From the IMG/VR virus record IMGVR_UViG_3300042975_000098: a stretch of 64,000 nucleotides of DNA. One strand, 5' to 3'. The position numbers and the translations under genes were made by a program. How positions within the stretch are numbered: position 1 is the stretch's first letter; each line of letters starts with the position of its first letter. Shown piece after piece: positions 59,454 to 64,000 of this stretch. This stretch comes from a virus. A model generated the notes under the pieces. That model searched no databases and was not told the origin of the DNA. It saw only the letters and a list, made by a program, of their open reading frames with translations.

Positions 59454-59849
59454 TATACCTGATAGCTCCCTCCTTTAACACGATTTGAGGGTGTCGGTCG
59501 TAGTTCTTGCCACCGTGGAGCGGGAGGGTGGTGTTGGCCGGTAGTGCTGGTGGCATCGGTGTGCGTAGTCCCATCCTGTGGTGCCGTGGAGGTTGGTGTT
59601 GGTTAATCCTGCTTCGCCTGTGGCTTCGCTATACCTGATAGCTCCCACCTTTAACACGATTCTGAGTGGTAGGCCTGTAGCATTTCATATTGATCACACT
59701 TAGTGGAGGTCGGGGCTGTGCTGCTCTTCCGCTTTCCTACTGGGGCGTTGTCGGCGGCTGGGTTGGACCATTGCTCTGAAGTGTGCCCGATCAACTTCGC
59801 GGGCTATCGCCGCTATACCTGATAGCTCCCTCCTTTAACACGATTTGAG
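59454..59849 (-). repeat. Three copies of the 36-bp repeat, inverted relative to the 37.2-37.4 kb copies (59454..59489, 59630..59666, 59814..59849)
   Basis: TATACCTGATAGCTCCCWCCTTTAACACGATTTGAG. Confidence 0.95.
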
Positions 59850-59958
59850 GGGGTCAATCCGTAGAACCGTTCCGGTTCATCGTGGCATGTTCCGAACCGT
59901 CCCGGCATCGGTATAATGCCCGCGTACTGAAATCGGATACGCAAAGGACACGACGATA

Positions 59959-60804
59959 ATGCCGGACGTTTATACATGCTCCAAGATATGCGAGAACACC
60001 ATGGTCAACCGTGATTACCATGGCGCTGCGGCGTCCATCGCCGACATTCCCGACAACCATCGGCTGCTCATGTTCCGTGGCCATGACGCGGCGTCCATCG
60101 AACATGCCCTGCGCATCTACCGCGATTACCTGATCGACGCCATGGCCCGGCGATGCGACTGCCCGCGCGAGGAGATCACGCTCATGTCGGCCGCCGATGA
60201 CAATAGGGTCGGAGCCGATGTCATCGGCGATCACGGCGGAAGACTCGTGGACATCGAACTCAAGTTCGGCAGCGAGACGAACAGCAACATCGGCATGGCG
60301 ACGGCGAGCGGCATCGCCGGCGACGTCACGGGTATTCTCGCCGGCAGGTTCTCAGCGTCGTCGCGGCGCGAACGACTGAACGACCTGCTCACGGGAGCCA
60401 CGACCCTCCGTGACATTCAGGCGGGCAACATCGAATGCTTCCTGACGGTCGCCGGCGAGTGTACGCCGAGACCGCTCGACCACGACGAACAGTCTAACCT
60501 CGAGCGATTGCTATCACGGTCCGGGAGTTCGTCGGCACAGGCGGCGGTCGGTCGCGAGTACATGAAAGTGACGCTCCTGTCGCCCACGCGAATATTCCAG
60601 AGCGAGGCGCACTACCACGAGGAGTCGTGGATGCGATCCATCGAGGTCACCGCGAACAGGCTGAACGTGCTCCTGGACGGCGAGCACAATCATGTCCGCA
60701 TGACCTTCAACAACAAGAACAACCTTCATTACCCCGGTGGGAAGGTGCCCGCACGGTACTATGTGGGTTCGCCGTCGTTCAACGTGTTCGTCAAGCAGGC
60801 GTAG
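59959..60804 (+). CDS. Putative type II restriction endonuclease
   Basis: GADVI......DIELKFG PD-(D/E)xK-like motif; directly upstream of the MTase; TATAAT promoter. Confidence 0.55.
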   Translation: MPDVYTCSKICENTMVNRDYHGAAASIADIPDNHRLLMFRGHDAASIEHALRIYRDYLIDAMARRCDCPREEITLMSAADDNRVGADVIGDHGGRLVDIELKFGSETNSNIGMATASGIAGDVTGILAGRFSASSRRERLNDLLTGATTLRDIQAGNIECFLTVAGECTPRPLDHDEQSNLERLLSRSGSSSAQAAVGREYMKVTLLSPTRIFQSEAHYHEESWMRSIEVTANRLNVLLDGEHNHVRMTFNNKNNLHYPGGKVPARYYVGSPSFNVFVKQA

Positions 60805-60816
60805 GGGAACCACGCC

Positions 60817-61782
60817 ATGACCATCAAGAACGATCAGTACTTCACGAAACCGGCGATCGTGGACGAATGCTGGCGGGTGCTCGACGCCACGCTGGCCGAC
60901 CTCGGCGTGGACCGCGAGACCTGCAGGTTCGTGGAACCCAGCGTCGGCTCCGGAAACTTCATCCTGCGCTCACGAATACCCGTGGAACGCTGGTCATACT
61001 ATGACATCGACCCGTCGAACATCGCCGATGCGCTGGCGCCCGGTCTGATCGTCCATGATTATCTTGATTCCGTGGTCCCGGCAGCCGGCCCCGTGATCAC
61101 GGTCGGCAACCCGCCGTTCGGCCACAGGTCGGCGACCGCCGTCGATTTCGTGAACCACGCCTTCGACTCATCCGCCATCGTGGCGTTCATTCTCCCCATC
61201 CAGTTCGACAAGTACCTCACGCAGCAACGGCTCCGCACCCGCATCGACATCATCCGCATCCACCACCTGCCATCCGCCGCGTTCGTCACGCCGAGCGGCG
61301 TCGACGTGAACCATCTCCGGACCGGGTTCTACGTGTTCGCGGATCATGCGTCGAACACGCTTCCCGATCTGCGCATACGGCGACGACCGCCGACGACTCA
61401 CCCCGACTTCCTCATGTGGCAGTACAACGCGACGCCGCAGGCGAAACGGTACTTCGACCGTTCGCGCTACCCATGGGATTTCGCGGTCCTGCGACAGGGG
61501 TACGGCGATTACTCGCGGCTCATCGATGACGAGCACGAACTCGACGATCATCGTCAGTACATGTTCGTCCGCGGGCTGAGCGCCATCGCCTCCGAGCGGC
61601 TGCGAACCATGGACTACAACGCGCTGGCGCATCTGAACACGTCCATACCGGGGTTCGGCAAGGCCGATCTCGTGAGGGCGTATGCGCGTCGCTGGCCGCC
61701 AATGGCCGATACGCGCACGGCGTTGTTCCCCGATTCGCCGCGCACAGGTGAGTTGATGCCCGCGAACAGCGAATCGGTATAA
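60817..61782 (+). CDS. N6-adenine DNA methyltransferase (gamma-type motif order)
   Basis: DQYFT, motif I FVEPSVGSGNF, YDID, motif IV GNPPFG, AFILP. Confidence 0.88.
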   Translation: MTIKNDQYFTKPAIVDECWRVLDATLADLGVDRETCRFVEPSVGSGNFILRSRIPVERWSYYDIDPSNIADALAPGLIVHDYLDSVVPAAGPVITVGNPPFGHRSATAVDFVNHAFDSSAIVAFILPIQFDKYLTQQRLRTRIDIIRIHHLPSAAFVTPSGVDVNHLRTGFYVFADHASNTLPDLRIRRRPPTTHPDFLMWQYNATPQAKRYFDRSRYPWDFAVLRQGYGDYSRLIDDEHELDDHRQYMFVRGLSAIASERLRTMDYNALAHLNTSIPGFGKADLVRAYARRWPPMADTRTALFPDSPRTGELMPANSESV

Positions 61783-61810
61783 TCATATTGCTCATCGAAA
61801 GGACAGAACA

Positions 61811-62338
61811 ATGAAACCAAACGAGAGAACAAGGGCATGGATCAATGCCCGCAGGGCGTGGCTGAGCGCCCGCATAGACCCGCCGCATATCATCGCGCTG
61901 GTCGTCTCCATCGTCCCCACGCTGCTCGTCAGCGTGTACATGGCGCGCCACGCGCTGCGCTCGGCGTTCAAGTGGATAGCGGAAACCATATCGAGAACGC
62001 AGGTGTGGGCCACGGTCGGCACGCTGGCGTTCGGCGCCATGGCGCTGTTCATGGTCTACAGCATCTACGCGTTCCTGAAGTTCACCATGACGAGGCTGCG
62101 CACCATCGTCTACGCGGCGGTGGATGTCGTGTTCCCGTTCCTTGGACTGGTCCTCGGTTCCACGGGCGCGTTCGCCAGCGTCGCCGACACGTTCTCGTTG
62201 TCGGCTAACTGGCCGTTCGCGATCCTCGTCATCGTCTTCCTGGTGCCCGCGGTCATCGCGACACTCGGCAATCATATGGTGCCTGACCGGCAGACGGTCA
62301 CCGTGAATACCACGCCGATCGCACCGGCGCAGGCATAA
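61811..62338 (+). CDS. Membrane protein
   Basis: Multiple TMs; SD AAGGA. Confidence 0.6.
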   Translation: MKPNERTRAWINARRAWLSARIDPPHIIALVVSIVPTLLVSVYMARHALRSAFKWIAETISRTQVWATVGTLAFGAMALFMVYSIYAFLKFTMTRLRTIVYAAVDVVFPFLGLVLGSTGAFASVADTFSLSANWPFAILVIVFLVPAVIATLGNHMVPDRQTVTVNTTPIAPAQA

Positions 62339-62503
62339 CCGTCAATCGTCGGCGCCGATCGACGCCGACGAGAGGTAAACGGTAGATCGGCCCTGCCGCC
62401 CGCCCACCTTATTGGCAAAGCAGCATCAGGGCCGATCGTCGTATTCGCGGGCCAACGTCTCCCGGTGGTATGCTGAAGGGGAGAAGGAAGATCATCAGCA
62501 TCA

Positions 62504-63256
62504 ATGAAGGAGAGCGGTATGAGCCGGTATGTTTATGCGAACGCCATCTACTCGGACTCGACTGAGTGCGCCGGTCCTCTTGTCATCTGCGGCTGGTACC
62601 GCGATTACGCTTCGGCGGCCGAGCACGCGCAGGGCAGGGAATCGTACGGGCTGGATGCCTATGTCGTCGCCTACCCGGTCGCCGCCGACGCAACTCCGTC
62701 ATCAAAAGACGCGCCCGCAGCCGAGGTCATCGACCCGTTGAATTACTACTATGATTCATATGAGGGCCGCGCGTTCCGCGCCCTCGCCGGCGATGCGGCC
62801 GTCCGCGAACAATTGGCCCTGCTGAAGAAAACGGACGTGCCGCTCTACGAGCATACGATCAAGGAGATCATCCGCAGAGCCGTCGCCAAGCGGATGTCGG
62901 GTCGTGCCGTCACGGAACCCGGCTGCCGGGTGTTCGCCGTCGTCTCCGTGCGCAGCGGTCGGCGATCGTCGCGCACGGAGATTGGCGACGTCGTGTCGTT
63001 GCACGAGGATGAATCATCCGCGCGTAATGCCGCTCAACGTTTCGCGGAGCGCGACCATTCGTTGTCTGCTGCGGTCAGGCGAGTGCGGTTCGCCGGCGAA
63101 TCGTCAACGGCCGGGGAACCGGACGGCAACGGCGAGCAAGTCGCTGTTTACCGTTACGACAAGGCGTTCGATGCCGTCGTCAGCGGAGACCCCGCCAAGG
63201 CGCTGAGCGACAGCATTCTCGATTCCATCGGTGAGCGCGCCGGCGTTTCTCGTTGA
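62504..63256 (+). CDS. Hypothetical protein
   Basis: 250-aa ORF; start may be 62519 (SD AAGGAG). Confidence 0.6.
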   Translation: MKESGMSRYVYANAIYSDSTECAGPLVICGWYRDYASAAEHAQGRESYGLDAYVVAYPVAADATPSSKDAPAAEVIDPLNYYYDSYEGRAFRALAGDAAVREQLALLKKTDVPLYEHTIKEIIRRAVAKRMSGRAVTEPGCRVFAVVSVRSGRRSSRTEIGDVVSLHEDESSARNAAQRFAERDHSLSAAVRRVRFAGESSTAGEPDGNGEQVAVYRYDKAFDAVVSGDPAKALSDSILDSIGERAGVSR

Positions 63257-63337
63257 CATGTGTTGACGGTTGATGGTATCGTGGTGCTTGACGCTACGCA
63301 TACGGCGTGGAAACACCTACAAGGAGTTGATTGACCA

Positions 63338-64000
63338 ATGACCGAGTTCATACGTGAGTCGGGTTCCGATTTCCCGATGATGCATAGGTACGACAAGATG
63401 CTGTTCCATGTCGGCGACATGATCGCTGGCGGGTTCGCGAAGAACGCCGTGCTGGGAAACCGGCCACGGGATCTCGACATGTATTTCACCAGCGTCAATG
63501 ATCTTGAGGATACCCGTCAGCGCTTGATGGCGGATGGTTGGGAAGAGCGGTACAAGAGCGCTCACGCCATCGGAGTCACCGATGGTCATACATCGGTCGA
63601 TCTGGTGAAGATGGGGTACGGTTCCGCCGAGAGGATTCTCTCCACGTTCGATTTCACCATCTGCAAGTTCGCTTGGGTCCGGGTCGCCGAGGATGCGGAG
63701 CAAGAGCCGGACGCCGGTCAAGCCGATGAGAACGAGGGCGGCACTGGCGATTACCCGTGCTCAGCCGTGTTCGCGTCCACGTTCTTCGAGCACCTCGCGA
63801 TGAAACGCCTCGTCATCGACGACCGGCTTCCGCTGCCGCTGTCCACGTTCCAACGGATGTTCAAGTACACGAGGTACGGCTTCAACCTTTGCCGCGCGTC
63901 CAAAGTGAAGCTCCTCGCGGCGATCACGAACACCATAATCGAATTGCCGGGCGAGTCGGGCATTGACGAGGCGCTGTCCAACATCCTGTACGAGGGCATT
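63338..64000 (+). CDS. Phage/plasmid-type nucleotidyltransferase (CCA/poly(A) polymerase head-like), 3' partial
   Basis: SD AAGGAG; MTEFIRES...IAGGFAKN......RDLDMYF...FDFTICK...R..KY..YGF; runs off the window (absent from the ORF track). Confidence 0.75.
   Translation, partial: MTEFIRESGSDFPMMHRYDKMLFHVGDMIAGGFAKNAVLGNRPRDLDMYFTSVNDLEDTRQRLMADGWEERYKSAHAIGVTDGHTSVDLVKMGYGSAERILSTFDFTICKFAWVRVAEDAEQEPDAGQADENEGGTGDYPCSAVFASTFFEHLAMKRLVIDDRLPLPLSTFQRMFKYTRYGFNLCRASKVKLLAAITNTIIELPGESGIDEALSNILYEGI

Noticed and set aside
59454-59849. CRISPR array (36-bp repeats)
   Set aside because: Spacers are 120-150 bp, only 2-3 repeats per cluster, conservation fades gradually into the spacers, and no cas genes are in the window
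1-64000. tRNA/rRNA genes, reverse transcriptase (retron/DGR), phage structural genes
   Set aside because: None recognised by eye; covariance-model search not possible here

Overview
High-GC (actinobacterial, most likely Bifidobacterium-associated judging from the NrdD/NrdG sequences) segment of a very large conjugative extrachromosomal element (megaplasmid/ICE-like; no virion genes seen). It carries its own replication/recombination genes (dnaE 3' end, dnaG, recA, 5'-3' exonuclease, SF2 helicase, nrdD/nrdG). Gram-positive-type T4SS genes (TcpE-like, VirB4, FtsK-type coupling protein, signal peptidase) are scattered rather than clustered, and both Tad/Flp and type IVa (pilB-pilT-pilC) pilus genes are present. 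It also holds three intact free-standing PD-(D/E)xK endonuclease genes plus remnants, one intact and one decayed IS607-family element, a putative type II R-M pair and a nucleotidyltransferase. Most notable: (1) the FtsK-type coupling protein appears broken into at least three genes, to be rejoined by split class-3 inteins (two pieces in the window); (2) VirB4 is split into two genes in reversed order; (3) the dispersed transfer/pilus genes share a YGATATT-N8-ATG leaderless promoter-like motif; (4) each intact endonuclease sits next to an AT-rich, apparently synonymously recoded conserved motif of its neighbour gene (nrdD 5', nrdD 3', pilC 3'), the expected footprint of intronless homing; (5) two families of non-coding repeats (a ~135-bp hairpin element x3 with micro-inversions; a 36-bp repeat x5 in two inverted clusters 22 kb apart). 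All family assignments are from motif recognition by eye, not database searches.
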